A DNA stretch of 64,000 bases from Hemiscyllium ocellatum (GCF_020745735.1 NC_083435.1:37659090-37723089), one strand, 5' to 3'. Numbered from the stretch's first letter, positions 1 through 12,439 are shown. Numbers and translations are program-made. Notes: generated by a model from the letters alone, not told the origin.

Positions 1-500
1 TCACATATTAGTTGACTGTATGATAAAAGGTATTCATAATACAATGAATTCCATCTTAAGTTTGGGGAAAAAAACTCCAGTCTCAAATCGTTAAATTGTT
101 ACGAAGGGGAAATTAACTATAGTGCAATTGTAAATAAAATTACAAGGTATAATGCTTAATCAATGGAGAAAAATATTTAAAACTACATGTTCAATGAAAA
201 TACACATGATTGAGAAAAAGGACTGAGCAAGAATAATCTAATTGTGGCCTGCTAAAGAAACTAGGAAGAAAATGGGGTAAAAGATAGAACAGAAAAGTAA
301 ATCAACCAGGGATATGAAAGCAGATCTTTTACAAATAAATCAGCTAAAGTAAACATTGATCACTTAGAGGCAAAATAAATTGTAATGAGTGATAAAAGAA
401 TGAGAGACCTTGTACAAATATTTTGGCTCTATATAAAAGAGGTAACGTTACATTCCAGAAATAGGGAGTGATCAAAGAGCGAACAATAAGGCAATTCAGA
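1..500 (+). mobile_element. Old CR1-like LINE ORF2 remnant
   Basis: Degenerate similarity to the pre-RT linker seen in other CR1 copies (e.g. 37300-37520). Confidence 0.4.
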
Positions 501-1103
501 CCAGCAGAAACAGTCCAGTGCTCACTGAGTGCTTCAGTAAAATGACAGCCAAGATTTAGTGCTCAAGAACTAATTGTGTCTCAGATATGCTCACTGCTAC
601 TTGCCCATGACCAATTTCAAGTCCAAATTCCTCTCTCCTCCCCCGCCAACCACTAAGAAGGAAGCTAGGAATAAAATGGAGTAAAAGATAATGAATGACG
701 GTGAACCAATTAGAATATAAAAGCAGATCTTTTATTATATTGCCAGGCAGCAAATCCAAGACGTAGAAGTAGATTTTCAACACGTATAAAGTTTATAATA
801 AAATGAGAGTGGATGTGACAAGGACATGGCAATTTATAATATAATTTAACAATGACATCAGCTGTCATGTGCAGGAGCCTGTAAAGACAGGATAGAATGT
901 TCTGTGCTTCTGAGAGATGAACTTGCAGTGTTATATATATTGACGTAATTTCTAGGGTTTGTAAAACTCTACTAGAGTCAGTCTGAGGGCAGTCATTATA
1001 GTCCACATACAACCTGAAGGAGTTAGGATAGCTATCTCTTCAATGCGCAGAACAGAACACTCAGCCATATGTCTCATGACAACACAAACCATGGTAATAG
1101 TAA

Positions 1104-2233
1104 GTAGAACATAGAACATTACAGCGCAGTACAGGCCCTTCAGCCCTCGATGTTGCACCAACCTGTCATACCAATCTGAAACTCCTCTATTCCATGTACG
1201 TCCCTATGCTTGTCCAATGACGACTTAAATGTACTTACAGTTGGCCAATCTACTACCAGTGCAGACAAAGCATTCCATACCTTTACTACTCTCTGAGTAA
1301 AGGAACTACCTCTGACATCTGTCCTATATCTATCACCCCTCAATTTAAAGCTATGCCCCCTTGTGCTCGCCATCACTATACTTGGAAATAGGTTCTCCCT
1401 GTCCACCCTATCTAACCCTCTGATTATCTTATATGTCTCTATTAAGTCACCTCTCAATCTTCTTCACTTCAACGAAAACAGCCCCAAGTCCCTCAGCCTT
1501 TCCTCATAAGACCTTCCCTCTATACCAGGCGACATCCTAGTAAATCTCCTCTGCACCCTTTCCAAAGCTTCCACATCCTTCTTATAATGCAGTGATCAGA
1601 ACTGTATACAATACTCCAAGTGCAGCCATACCAGAGTTTTGTACAGCTGTAGCATAACCTCATGGTTCCAAAACTCGATCCCTCTATTAATAAAAGCTAA
1701 AACACTGTATGCCTTCTTAACAACCCTGTCAACCTGGGTGACAACTTTCAAGGATCTGTGTACCTGGACACCGAGATCTCTCTGCTCATCTACACTACCA
1801 AGAATCTTACCATTAGCCCAGTACTTTGCATTCCGGTTACTCCGACCAAAGTGAATCACCTCACACTTGTCCGCATTAAACTCCATTTGCCACCTCTCAG
1901 CCCAGCTCTGCAGCTTATCTATGTCTCTCTGTAACCTACTACATCCTTCATCACTATCCACAACTCCACTAACCTTAGTGTCGTCTGCAAATTTACTAAC
2001 CCAACCTTCTACGCCCTCATCCAAGTCGTTTGTAAAAATGACGAACAGCAGTGGACCCAACACTGACCCTTGTGGTACTCTGCTAGTAACTGGACTCCAG
2101 GATGAACATTTCCCAACAACCACCACCCTCTGTCTTCTTTCAACAAGCCAATTACTGATCCAAACTGTTATTATCTCCCCCAATCCCATTCCTCCACATT
2201 TTATACAATAGCCTACTGTGGGGAACCTTGTAG
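1104..2233 (-). mobile_element. CR1/HER1-like LINE, 3' part
   Basis: RT motifs [13 protein letters not shown] and SKFADDTK, C-terminal RGDLIETYKI, and an (AGAAC/ATAG)n tail. Confidence 0.9.
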
Positions 2234-2896
2234 AGATTCTGATTTAATCATGTATTGGAGCCACAGGAAAACATCAGCAGATAACTTCAAAAGAGGTAAA
2301 GAAAATATCAGAAGACTCTTACTGGGGCAAGCCAGCCATGATGTGAGCAGCAGTCTTCAAAAACTCAGAGAGCCTCCTCACAATAACGTTGAAGAAACAA
2401 TTGTACCTAGCAGCATTAAGTTGTGTGCCATTGAGCAGTGACATCAGATCTTTATGTTCCACTCGGAAGTCAGGCCTTTGAGACAGGTTGGAAGAGAGCA
2501 CTGCAGATTCAAAATCTCCCCTTAAAGGCATTCAAGGCCCATTTCATCCTAGACCAATACCTGCAATCAAGTGAATATGATTTATTCAGAGAGCCCAGAT
2601 TCCAGGGAAATCCATTGAATCATTTCTTACAGGCCTGTGAGAGTTTGTTAATTGACACGGGTGTGGAGCATTGAGAGTTGAGCTTATTCATGATCGGGTC
2701 ATCATCAGACTCTGCAGTGAAAAGCTATTCGGTTTTTTTCGGGATAAACACTGGAATTTAACACCTAAACAAACAGTTCATTACAGTATTCAAGGCAAAG
2801 GAAAAACACAGAATTGGGCAATAATGTGGGAAAATGCCGAAATTTTCGATGATTCAGTTAGTCAGGTAGATCAGAAGTGCCAGGGTTGGACAGTTT

Positions 2897-3330
2897 GAGT
2901 TATAGGGAGAGGCTGAATGGATTGGGGCTCTTTTCCCTGGAGTGTTAGAAGCTGAGGGGTGATCAGGTTTATTAAATCATGAGGGGCACGGAAAGGGTAA
3001 ATAGGCAAGGTCTTTTCCCTGGGGTGGGGGAGTCCAGAACTAGAGGGCATGGGTTTAAGGTGAGAGGGGAAAGATTTAAAAGGGACCTAAGGGGCAACAT
3101 TTTCCTGCAGAAGGTGGTACGTGTATGGAATATGTTGCCAGAGGATGTGGTGGAGGCTGGTACAATTACAGCATTTAAAAGGCATCTGGATGGGTATATG
3201 AATAAGAAGGGTTTGGTGGGATATGGGCCAAGTGCTGGCAAATGGGACTAGATTAATTTATAATATCTGGTCGGCATGGACAAGTTGGACCGAAGGGCCT
3301 GCTTCCATGCAGTGTATCTCTATGACTCAG
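2897..3330 (+). mobile_element. CR1 LINE 3' fragment
   Basis: SRTRGHGFKVRGERFKRDLRGNIF...FKRHLDGYM followed by the 3' UTR. Confidence 0.9.
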
Positions 3331-3384
3331 TGAGACAGCCCTCCTCACTCAAAAGCCTGTGGACACAGGGAAAGAGCAGGAAAG

Positions 3385-3660
3385 TAGAAGCTAGGGATAG
3401 GAATAATCTCATTTGGCCCCTCCAGCCTGCTCATTATGACTGTGGCTGACCATCCAACTCATCACCCTGTTCTTTCTGCTTTTCTCCCATTTTCTTTGCT
3501 ACCTTTAAATGCGATATCCAACTCTTTCCTGAAATCATACAATGTCTTGGTCTCAACTGCTTTCTGTTGTAGCAAATCCCACAGGGTCACCACTCTCTGG
3601 GTGAAGAAATGTCTCTTCATTTCAGTCCTAAATGCTTTAGCCAAGTGTCCTTCGGCTGTG
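3385..3660 (-). mobile_element. CR1 LINE 3' fragment
   Basis: FRTEMKRHFFTQRVVTLW...FRKELD. Confidence 0.8.
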
Positions 3661-5899
3661 GCCCCTGGTTCGGGATAGCAGTACAGCAGCTATTTAATCG
3701 TGTTCACCTAATGGAGCTGAGCAAACCATGGAGTACAAGAGCAATGGAGGAACGGCCAGGAGTTGAAGGAAGACCGGTCACTTGCAGCAATTTCTCAGAT
3801 CAAAAATTATAGCAAAAGGGAAAAGAAATGACACCTCGAAAAACCAGATGCTTCAAGAAATTGGAAGTTAAAAAAACATATCTCTTATGGATAGTTACGG
3901 AGGAAAACCAGAGATTATGTTCAGTCACCCTAGAAACAAAAGGCTTCGCAAAAGAATTTAAGATAAGCACTGATGTTGGTATGACAATCTTGGCAAGCCT
4001 TTTGCAATGGCTCCAAGAAGCAGTTGTAACAGGCAACGCTCAGATTGCAGTTGACATATTGTCTCAAGATACAATGGATTCCAAGTTAGATTTAGACTTT
4101 GTTGTCACGTGTACAAAAGTACAGGAGTGCAGTGCAAAGTTTTCAATGTTGTCCCACACAGTGCCATCTCAGGTACAAGTACTTAGGTACAAAAGCTTAA
4201 GAACGAATAGAAAGAACAAAGTTAAAAGCTAAACATTGCAGTTGCTCTTAGCATAGCTGGAAAAATTAAAGAATAAAATGAAACGACACAGTCCTTCTTC
4301 ACATTATGTCAAGAAAAAGAAATTAAAGCTAAATGTTCAGCCATTGCTGAGCTGTTCTGGAACTGCACTTCCTAAAAGAGCTCATCCTCCTACATTTTCT
4401 ACACACTCGCTCGATGTTTCGTCATCACTGCAAATGTCAGGGGATCCTCCATGGCTGTGTTGGATCTCAGGGAGGAGAAAATTAGAACTGCAGATGCTGA
4501 AACTCAGAGTCAAGAGTGTGGCGCTGGAAAAGCACAGCCAGTCAGGCAGCATCTGAGGAGCAGGAGAATTGACATTTTGGGCATAAGCGCTTTGGGCTGT
4601 AAGCACCACACTCTCGATGCGTAGAATCTCAGACTGACCAACCTCTGATCAAGGTGCCACCCAAGCAGATCCTCTGTCTCACCTTTGGTCCATGCACAGG
4701 CATCTGGAATTCACTGAGAGTCCCGGGTCAGGCCCCAGATGCTGCCTAACATTAGACATCTAGCTAACCGCCAAATTCACCGAGCCCGATACTGCTGCTG
4801 CCACTGCCTTGCCCCAGAAGGTAAGTTTGTAGACAAAAAAAACTTTAAAAAAAATTAAAACTGAAAGAAAGAAAACAATTAAAGAGAAGGAGGAAGAAGA
4901 GCAGGCCAAATGGCCAAGACTACTCAGCCACCATCTTGTAGAGGTGGGGACTGCCATAAGTCTGCACAGGGCTGTCACCACAATCGAGCTCTTCAACAGA
5001 GTTAAAATAATATGAGAAAGAAAAAAAGGATGAGGAAAGAGAGGGAAGGAGAAAAAAAGAAAAGAAAATTGGGCAGAGTGAGCGATACCCAAGATCAGAA
5101 GCCCTACTCTGCTGCCGTTGAATAAAAAGATTTGGTCTTTGTTATGGGCAACAACAAAATGCTTCTACTTCTGAAACAAATTGTTTGCCGGCTTCTAAGA
5201 AGAAATTTCAAAAAACCAGGGACAGCTCAAGGTTGGTGCAGAATAGCCCACATCAGAAAATTCTGTCAAGAGGGTTGGGCAAGTGATCAGCTGTGATGGA
5301 AGCATCATGACCTTCGCAGACCATATTGTATGACAGTGGTCCACAATTTGTGAATTGGTACTTTGTGATGGATGAGTTTTCAATCTTTAATCACAGCCTG
5401 CCAACACCAAAGGCAATGCCCAAAGAAATTCTTCAGAGAGTCTATGGAGATCACTTGAGGAAAAACAAGTTTAGAGTTTGCATGTAATGAATGACGGTCA
5501 GGAACTATTTTTAAAAAATGGTGGATTTACTCTGCCACACATGTATAATCCAGAAACGGCCAGGCACCAGCAGAACTATGATTTTTTTTCTTGTAATCTC
5601 TTAGACAGGCCCTGGAAATTTGGAAATGGACCTCTTCCACTTTCAAGGGAACCAGCATTTTTTATCAAAGTAGATATTTCTCTATGTGACTAAACATTAC
5701 CAGACTTCACACTATAACTGAGGCAGTGATCAAGTCACTGTGGAACATCTTTTCACAAAGGGCTTTCCAGACAAGTTTGTTTTAATGAGTGGTCCACAAT
5801 TTGTGAATTAATCCTTTCAGAGATTCACACCATCCAAAAATGCAAATAAGGAGCTGAACTGGCAGCTGAGGCGACTCTGCAATTCATTGATGATCTCGA

Positions 5900-7050
5900 A
5901 ATGTCTTAAACTCTACATTCCCATCTACCCCGAAGACCTTTGAAAATTAAAGTATACTGCATGCATCAACTCTTCTTTATCAATTCTCTTAGGAACTCCA
6001 ATAAGCTCATCAAACATGGTTTTCCATTCACAAACCCATGCTAACATTGCTCAATCAGATCATTATTAGTCAAATGTCTATTTATCCCTTTCTCTATAGA
6101 ATTTTCCTTGCTACTTCTGTAAAGCTATAGACAGTTGTAAAAAATGAGGTCTGCAGATGCTGGAGATCACAGCTGCAAATGTGTTGCTGGTCAAAGCACA
6201 GCAGGTTAGGCAGCATCTCAGGAATAGAGAATTCGACGTTTCGAGCATAAGCCCTTCATCAGGAATAAGAGAGAGAGTAGCCAAGCAGGCTAAGATAAAA
6301 GGTAGGGAGGAGGGACTTGGGGGAGGGGCGATGGAGGTGGGATAGGTGGAAGGAGGTCAAGGTGAGGGTGATAGGCCGGAGTGGGGTGGGGGCGTAGACA
6401 GTTGTCCCCAGTTCTCTCTCTCACTTCATTCTTAAATAGTTGGGTGTCATTTGCTATTGTTCAACCTGCAGGAATCATTCAGAATTATAAAGGATGTTTG
6501 AAGGTAATCACCAATACCTAACCCAAAGCTTATCTTTTATAGTCACCCCCTTCAACACTTAAGGATGTAAAACATCAGATTCAAGTGATTCGTCTACTTT
6601 CAACCCCTTTAATTGCTCCAATACAATCTTCTTTACTCATACTAATATCCTTCAACTCCTCATTCTCCCTAATCACTTGGATCTCTAGTTCTGGGAGACT
6701 TATGCCTTTTCCTCCTGCAAAATAGATGCAAAGTAATCACTTTGCGTCTCTGCCAATTCTATATTCCACATTTTAACTTGTCCTAACTCTGCCTTTAATG
6801 GACTCATTCATTTTAGCCAACTGTTTCCATTTTAAGTATCTTTTGAAACTTTTCCAGTTTATATTTATATTTCTGCAAGATTAAATTTATAATTTATTCT
6901 TGCTTTCCTCAAAATGTTCTTGGTCCTCAGAATTGCTGCTGTTTCAGGCAATATTATAGGCTTTAATTATAACCAAATCTACTCCTGAACTTCTTTTGTT
7001 TGTCATGATGTCTAGCTTTTTTGAGTTTGGAGGAATGGATAGTTGCTGAG
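5900..7050 (-). mobile_element. Old CR1 ORF2 remnant, interrupted by a Penelope fragment at about 6140-6400
   Basis: Degenerate antisense RT N-terminal sequence; the insert matches the Penelope termini found elsewhere in the window. Confidence 0.55.
6231..6265 (-). ncRNA. Minimal type I hammerhead ribozyme motif (Penelope-associated)
   Basis: Sense sequence TTC CTGATGA A GGGC TTAT GCTC GAAA C GTC GAA T: catalytic core, stem II, GUC site and stem I TTC/GAA. Confidence 0.7.
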
Positions 7051-7055
7051 GTCAT

Positions 7056-7367
7056 TAGAGTAGATTAGATTCCCTTCAGTGTGGAAACAGGCCCTTCGGC
7101 CCAACCGACCCTCCGAAGTGTAACCCACCCAGACCCATTTCCCTCTGACTAATGCTCCTAACACAGTATGTGCAATTTAGCATGGCCAATTCACCTGACC
7201 TGCACATCTTTGAACTGTTGGAGAAAACTGGAGCACCCAGAGGAAACCCACATAGACATGGGGAGAATGTGCAAACTCCACACGGACAGTTACCCGAGGC
7301 TGGAATTGAACCTGAGACCCTGGTGCTGTGAGGCAGCAGTGCTAACCACTGAGTCACCGTCCCACCC
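7056..7367 (-). mobile_element. HE1-type tRNA-derived SINE
   Basis: A/B-box-like head (GTGGTTAGCACTGCTGCCTCACAGC...GGTTCAATTCC), V-SINE-like core and (AATCT)n tail. Confidence 0.9.
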
Positions 7368-7530
7368 ATGTAATAGTTATTTAGAAGACATGCCTGTACA
7401 AAGGAAACGGGTAGTTTTTAAAAAATATTTGCTCAATTCCCCTCAATCAATTTGTGCCTCATGCCTTCAGCATTTCTCTAGATGGAAGTGGTCATGGGTT
7501 TGGAAGGTGCTGTCTAAGGATCTTTGGTGA

Positions 7531-7714
7531 AGATGAGATCCCTGATTTGGGCTGTTAATCTGGTCAAATCAGGGAGCCCTAGCTGACAGATAAAAGCAGA
7601 GGTGACAGATAAAAGCACTCTGATCTGGTTCTGAGGGAGCTGGAGTAATGTCTTTCCACATGTAAGTAAAGGGTGACTTGGTGATAGGATACCAGCCTCT
7701 GTGGAATTATTTCA
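7531..7714 (+). mobile_element. LTR-like 3' fragment
   Basis: TATA-like GATAAAAG and an end of ...CCAGCCTCTGTGGAATTATTTCA. Confidence 0.35.
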
Positions 7715-8461
7715 GTAACTTTAGGTCATCCACCTTGTTGTGAATGCTGTGTGCAGTTACTTGACAGTGCAACTTAATATGGCCCAGAGTTGGGAAGTTA
7801 GAAGAAACAGTCCTCAGATAGGCAGAGCAACCGCATTCTCATAGTGACCAAACCAGATTGGAATGTTCAGTAGGACCCAAAACGTATCAATACTACTCAG
7901 AGCAAAAAAACTGAATGAGTGTAATGACCATAAACTGTGAGATACTGAGAAAGAATGCATCGACTATTATACAGAATTACAATTACATCACGGCAATGGT
8001 TGAAGACTCTTGCCCTTGGATCAGTGGTGATGAGAGTAAGACCAGAATAAACTATAAGATGCTACAAAGACACAACCTGTGAAGTTCAGGTATTACTGTT
8101 GGTTGGGGGGTGTTAATGGTGGAAGAAATGGTTAAAAAGCGTCCAAGTTAAAGTTGAGAGAAACTTGGGGGCACTGTAGTATTATAATCATGCATATGAT
8201 GATGATGATATAGAACATAATATCGTGTTTGATTTAATCAGATATATGTACAAGATGGTGAAAAAATGATGGAATAGTTTTTACTTGTAAGAGACATTTG
8301 TACAATTACTCTTTTTTTCCACAACAGTGTAAATAAAAGACTTTGCAAAAACCTATTAGAGACAGACAGCAGTCATTATTAAGTAAATAGGGAACCATTA
8401 CCACCCATAGATTTCAAAGAAGAGACTGGGGCAGTTATCCTCCCATGTCCTGAATAGATTG

Positions 8462-8678
8462 TTTTTTGTTGTTGTATCAGACCACAGGGGCTGCTCTCTC
8501 ATTAGAAAGGAGTGGCTGGTGGTGATTTAGCCTGAGGGCCACCTGACCTCAGGCAAGGGAAGAGGTTGAGAAGGAGAGTCCTTCATCATAACCTCATACC
8601 ATGATGGGAATTGAACCCTTGTTACTGGTGTCATACTGCTCTGTAAGCCAACAAGCCAGCCAACTGAGCTCAACCAAT
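8462..8678 (-). mobile_element. tRNA-derived SINE (second family)
   Basis: Antisense GAGCTCAGTTGG...GGGTTCAATTCCC head; a partial sister copy lies at 9370-9550 (+). Confidence 0.7.
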
Positions 8679-8880
8679 TCCCCTTGAATAGAGCAATGAG
8701 CCAGAAGCCTTTAACAATACAGCCAAAGCTGGCCTTTATTTCAGTGGAAATTAGGTGTTTGTCTGCCACCTCTTGGTAATGTAATCCTGGGAGCAATGAC
8801 AACATACAAACAGGCTAATTCAGAACTGAATGGGTTCAGGGACAGAGGAATAATCATGATCTTATTCAAATGTGTTTCAG

Positions 8881-8997
8881 AAGTCCCAGGAAACAGCGCT
8901 GGACACTCACATCTTGAAATGTTAGGATTCATGATCACTCCACTGGCTATTATAGTTGGAATAATCGGATTAGTAATGTGGAAAAGGACGCAGAGAG
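8881..8997 (+). pseudogene. Transmembrane exon of a second (relic) MHC class I-like gene
   Basis: tgtgtttcag|AAGTC...AGAGAG|gtgagt, 117 nt, phase 1/1. Encodes EVPGNSAGHSHLEMLGFMITPLAIIVGIIGLVMWKRTQR and shares E(V/I)P, SHL and W(K/R)R..R|G with the minus-strand TM exon. No intact alpha exons were found upstream. Confidence 0.75.
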
Positions 8998-9254
8998 GTG
9001 AGTATCAGAGGAAGTAGAATATCAAACCAGGCAGTCTCAACCATCACTAATTGTTTTCCCTAATGAGACAGCATCCTTACTGTGCTCTGGGACTCTGGTG
9101 GCTTGACCTATTTATCTGGGTAGTCTAGTTCAGTTTCTGTTCTGTTGTAACCTCTAGGATGCCACAGAGATTTAGAAGGTGAGTCCATCATGGTAACCTA
9201 AGCTGGAAGGTGATTGAACCTCTGTTGTTGGCATCACTCTGCATTGCACTGTAT

Positions 9255-9475
9255 TCTGGATGTGGTCTCACCAAATCCTTGTATAAATAAAGCACAATCT
9301 CTTTACTTTTGTATTCAATTCCCTTTGCAATGAGCAATAATATTCTGCTGGCTTTCCGACATTCCCACATTGGCTGAGATTACCATGAAGTACACTCATT
9401 CTCGACCTCTCCAGTTGCCTAAGGTATGGTGACCCTCAAGTTAAATCACGACTTGCTGTCGCTTTTTCTCTCTCT

Positions 9476-9527
<52 letters not shown>

Positions 9528-10010
9528 TGAGAAAGCAATCCTATGGTCCAGTCAGTACAACTAACCTCTTGTAATTTGTGCACAAGGATGCTCAGATCCC
9601 TCTGCATGTCAGAGTTCTGTAATCTCTCACCATTTAGATAATATGCTACATTTATGCTCTTTACCACAAAATGGACAATATTTTAATTATACACTATTAT
9701 CCACATCTTTGCCCAATCACCCAACCTATCAATATCCTTTTGTCACCTCCTTGCAGCTCCTTCACGATCTTCTTTCCCATCTGTCTTTGTGTCATCAGCA
9801 AATTTAGTAACCATACCTTCCGTCCCTTCATCGAAATAACTGTTACAGATTACAAAATGTTGAAGTCCCAAAACTGAACTTTGTGGTGCATCACCTGTTA
9901 CTTCTTGCCAGCCAGAGGATGACCCAAGTTATGCCTACTCTCTATTTCCTGCTTGCTTGCTCATCTTCTCTCCATGACAACATGCTCCCTCCAACAATGT
10001 GAGTGTAGGA
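9255..10010 (-). mobile_element. Old CR1 RT remnant with a nested SINE
   Basis: GIEYKSKEIVLYLYKDLVRPH and YYLNGERLQ...RDL fragments. Confidence 0.7.
9467..9524 (+). repeat. (CT)n microsatellite
   Basis: Directly visible. Confidence 0.97.
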
Positions 10011-10252
10011 ATGAGTAGGAAAACAAAGCTGAGGCAGAAGATCAGACATGGTTGTATTGAAGAGTACAACAGGCTATATCAGCCACTGAGCTCAAGTTGC
10101 TCTAATTTCTATCTCTCTTAACCTGAGCATTTCCAGCAGTTTCGGTTTGAGTTTATTTATTTAGGTTTACTGTTTCCCATTGTAGTCTCTCTCACTTTTG
10201 TACACACCCCAGCATATATTAAAAGCGGGGTGAAAAAAATAGTAGTGCAAGA

Positions 10253-10712
10253 CACATGAGAGCCATACTAATGTACAACGTGAAAACAGACCATTTGGTC
10301 CAACTCGTCCATACCAACCAAATATCCCAACCTAGTCTAGTCCCATTTGCCAGCACTTGGCCCATATCCCTTCCTATTCATATACCCATCCAGATGCCTT
10401 TTAGATGTTGTAATTATACCAGCCTCCACCACTTCCTCTGGCAGCTCATTCCATACATACACCACCCTCTGTGTGAAAAAGTTGCCCCTTCGATCCCTTT
10501 TATATCTTTCCCCTCTCACCCTGAACCTATGCCCTCTAGTTCTGGTCTCCCCCACCCCAGGGAAAAGACTTTGTCTATTTCCCCTATCCATGCCCCTCAT
10601 GATTTTATAAGACTCTATAAGGTCACCCCTCAGCCTCCAATGCTCCAGGGAAAACAGTCCCAGCCTACTCAACTTCTCCCTGTAGCTCAAATCCTCCAAC
10701 CCTGGCAACATC
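10253..10712 (-). mobile_element. CR1 LINE 3' fragment in the TM-cytoplasmic intron
   Basis: RMLPGLEDLSYREKLSRLGLFSLE...RGDLIESYKI. Confidence 0.9.
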
Positions 10713-10765
10713 CTTGTATCTACGTGCATACATTGACAGTTAAAACTCCTAATTCTTGCCCACAG

Positions 10766-10825
10766 GTAAACCTGGAAACCTACAACAACAATGCCATGGG
10801 AAGTCTGGAGAAGAACATCAAACAG
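10766..10825 (+). pseudogene. First cytoplasmic exon of the plus-strand class I relic
   Basis: cttgcccacag|60 nt|gtgaga. Open in phase 1 (GKPGNLQQQCHGKSGEEHQT). Confidence 0.7.
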
Positions 10826-10937
10826 GTGAGATTCCAAATTTTTCCAAACACTGATTAAATCACTATAATGTATTTCTATCCACATTTACACTTTTCCCAA
10901 ATGTTGCACAGTTGACGGTGTTTAATGTTTTTATTAG

Positions 10938-11080
10938 TTTCTACGCAACCATTTCTGGAAACGGGACCCACTCTCCACCAACAGGAAGCCACGGATAATA
11001 AAGTGGAACTGGAGCTAATTGAATCCCACACGTTACTCAAGTCAGAGCCTGTTCAGAGAGACTCAGAACCTGAAACCTGA
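10938..11080 (+). pseudogene. Terminal cytoplasmic exon of the plus-strand class I relic
   Basis: ttttattag| phase 1. Encodes VSTQPFLETGPTLHQQEATDNKVELELIESHTLLKSEPVQRDSEPET* (TGA at 11078-11080). Paralogous to 47331-47623. Confidence 0.72.
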
Positions 11081-11259
11081 CCCAGTGGGAGAAACCAAAC
11101 TCCTAGCGAACAAGAATTGAGTCTGGTTCTGACAGATGATGTAAATAAAGTGTAAAGTAATCCAGGTAATGACATTCTCCTAATCAAGTACAAAGAACAG
11201 GAATAATGTGGGTTTTACTGAGTCCACATCCTGGAACTAAATCATCACCTGAAGAATAA

Positions 11260-12216
11260 TCAGACCCCAAGAATTTGGAGGAGCTGAGCGGATGAGAATG
11301 ATGACTGAGAAGAACAAGCTTGTTCACAAAGGGAGGGAAAAGCTGAAAACAGTTTCAATGGTATTAAAATAGAAGTAACTTCCAAAAATGTGTTTTTCAA
11401 TGTTTCAAACAGTGGTGAAAAATTATTAACAACAAGCATATTAAAGGTAGGACATTGAGTGTGCTGCATTTGAAGGAGAGAGACAGTTTTGAAGAATATA
11501 ACCAATAGAAACAACACACCGTGTCATTCGAGAAAGATTGGCTGAAAGAACAAGTTATCCAACACTGTGCAGCCGCAAATGATGAACAAGTTCCTCTGTT
11601 GCGCTCTCTCGCTTTGGAAGTTCTACACAGGATTATCACCCGGGTGAGGGATACTGTGAAAGACAGAACACCTTCAAATAGTGAGCAGTCAGTTACTGGG
11701 ATCATTCAGACATTCAGAGCAAATCTGGGGGATGAGATACAGATTTCACAAGAGACAGTGGGACCTGTTACTATTCAGTCTGAAAAGGTTAACACTCAGA
11801 ACTTCAAACAAGAAATTGAATGTTTTATCAGAACAAATGATCTGACTGAAAGGGTTAAAAACTGGGAGCAGGACATTGCTGGGAAAATCACTGTTTCCCC
11901 ATCCAGTGAATTGTCCACAATGTTATGTGGCTGTGGGGAGCAGTGTCCCTTCTGTGGAGGCCTGTGTGATTGTATGAACAGGGAGCACACACAGCACAGC
12001 GCTGAATATCACCGGAGCCAAGAGCTGAATGAATACAGAAACAACATGAATGTGAAGTTAAGATCAGAGAATTAGACAACAGCTGTTGCCAGTTTCACAA
12101 ATAAGGACATGAAATGGAATCCACATTGTGAGAAGGCCTTCAGAGATCGCAATGACCAGTGTAGACACTGGAATGTGCCTTCTGATAGCAGCATCAAAAC
12201 ATTAGACCTTTGGAAG
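11260..12216 (+). pseudogene. Very large inducible GTPase (GVIN1/URGCP family) C-terminal region, disrupted; no GTPase domain
   Basis: One frame with several stops: LHLKERDSFEEYNQ*...SFEKDWLKEQVIQHC, then LCGCGEQCPFCGGLCDCMNREHTQHSAEYHRSQ, then TTAVAS...WNPH...HWNVPSDSSIKTLDLWK. These match, in order, motifs I recall from VLIG/URGCP C-termini. Confidence 0.8.
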
Positions 12217-12439
12217 AAAGACAAAACATTCAGCAGATCTGACAACATCTGCGGGGCGACAAACAGTGTTAATGTTTCAGGCGATTATCTTTCATCTGAA
12301 CTGGGACAAGTTTGACATGTGATATGTTTTATGCAGATGAAATGAGAACGTTTGGAATATGGTGTAAGGTGGGAGACACTATGCACCAGAAATTCTTTTG
12401 TCACTTAGAGTAACAGGATCGTACTGAGGCAGATAAGAA

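Larger units (their letters stand above)
2236..5890 (+). mobile_element. Heavily decayed Ty3/Gypsy LTR retrotransposon (gag-pro-int remnants), interrupted
   Basis: Gag-like ELIHDRVIIRL...LT, protease-like FKISTDVGMTIL, and integrase-like DRPW...MDLFHFQG and SGPQFV remnants. Confidence 0.6.

Noticed and set aside
7715-8352. Possible L1/Tx1 3' end (AATAAAA followed by an A-run)
   Set aside because: No convincing protein motif; too weak to call.
9446-9667. ORF with an ERERER run
   Set aside because: Microsatellite plus CR1 fragment.
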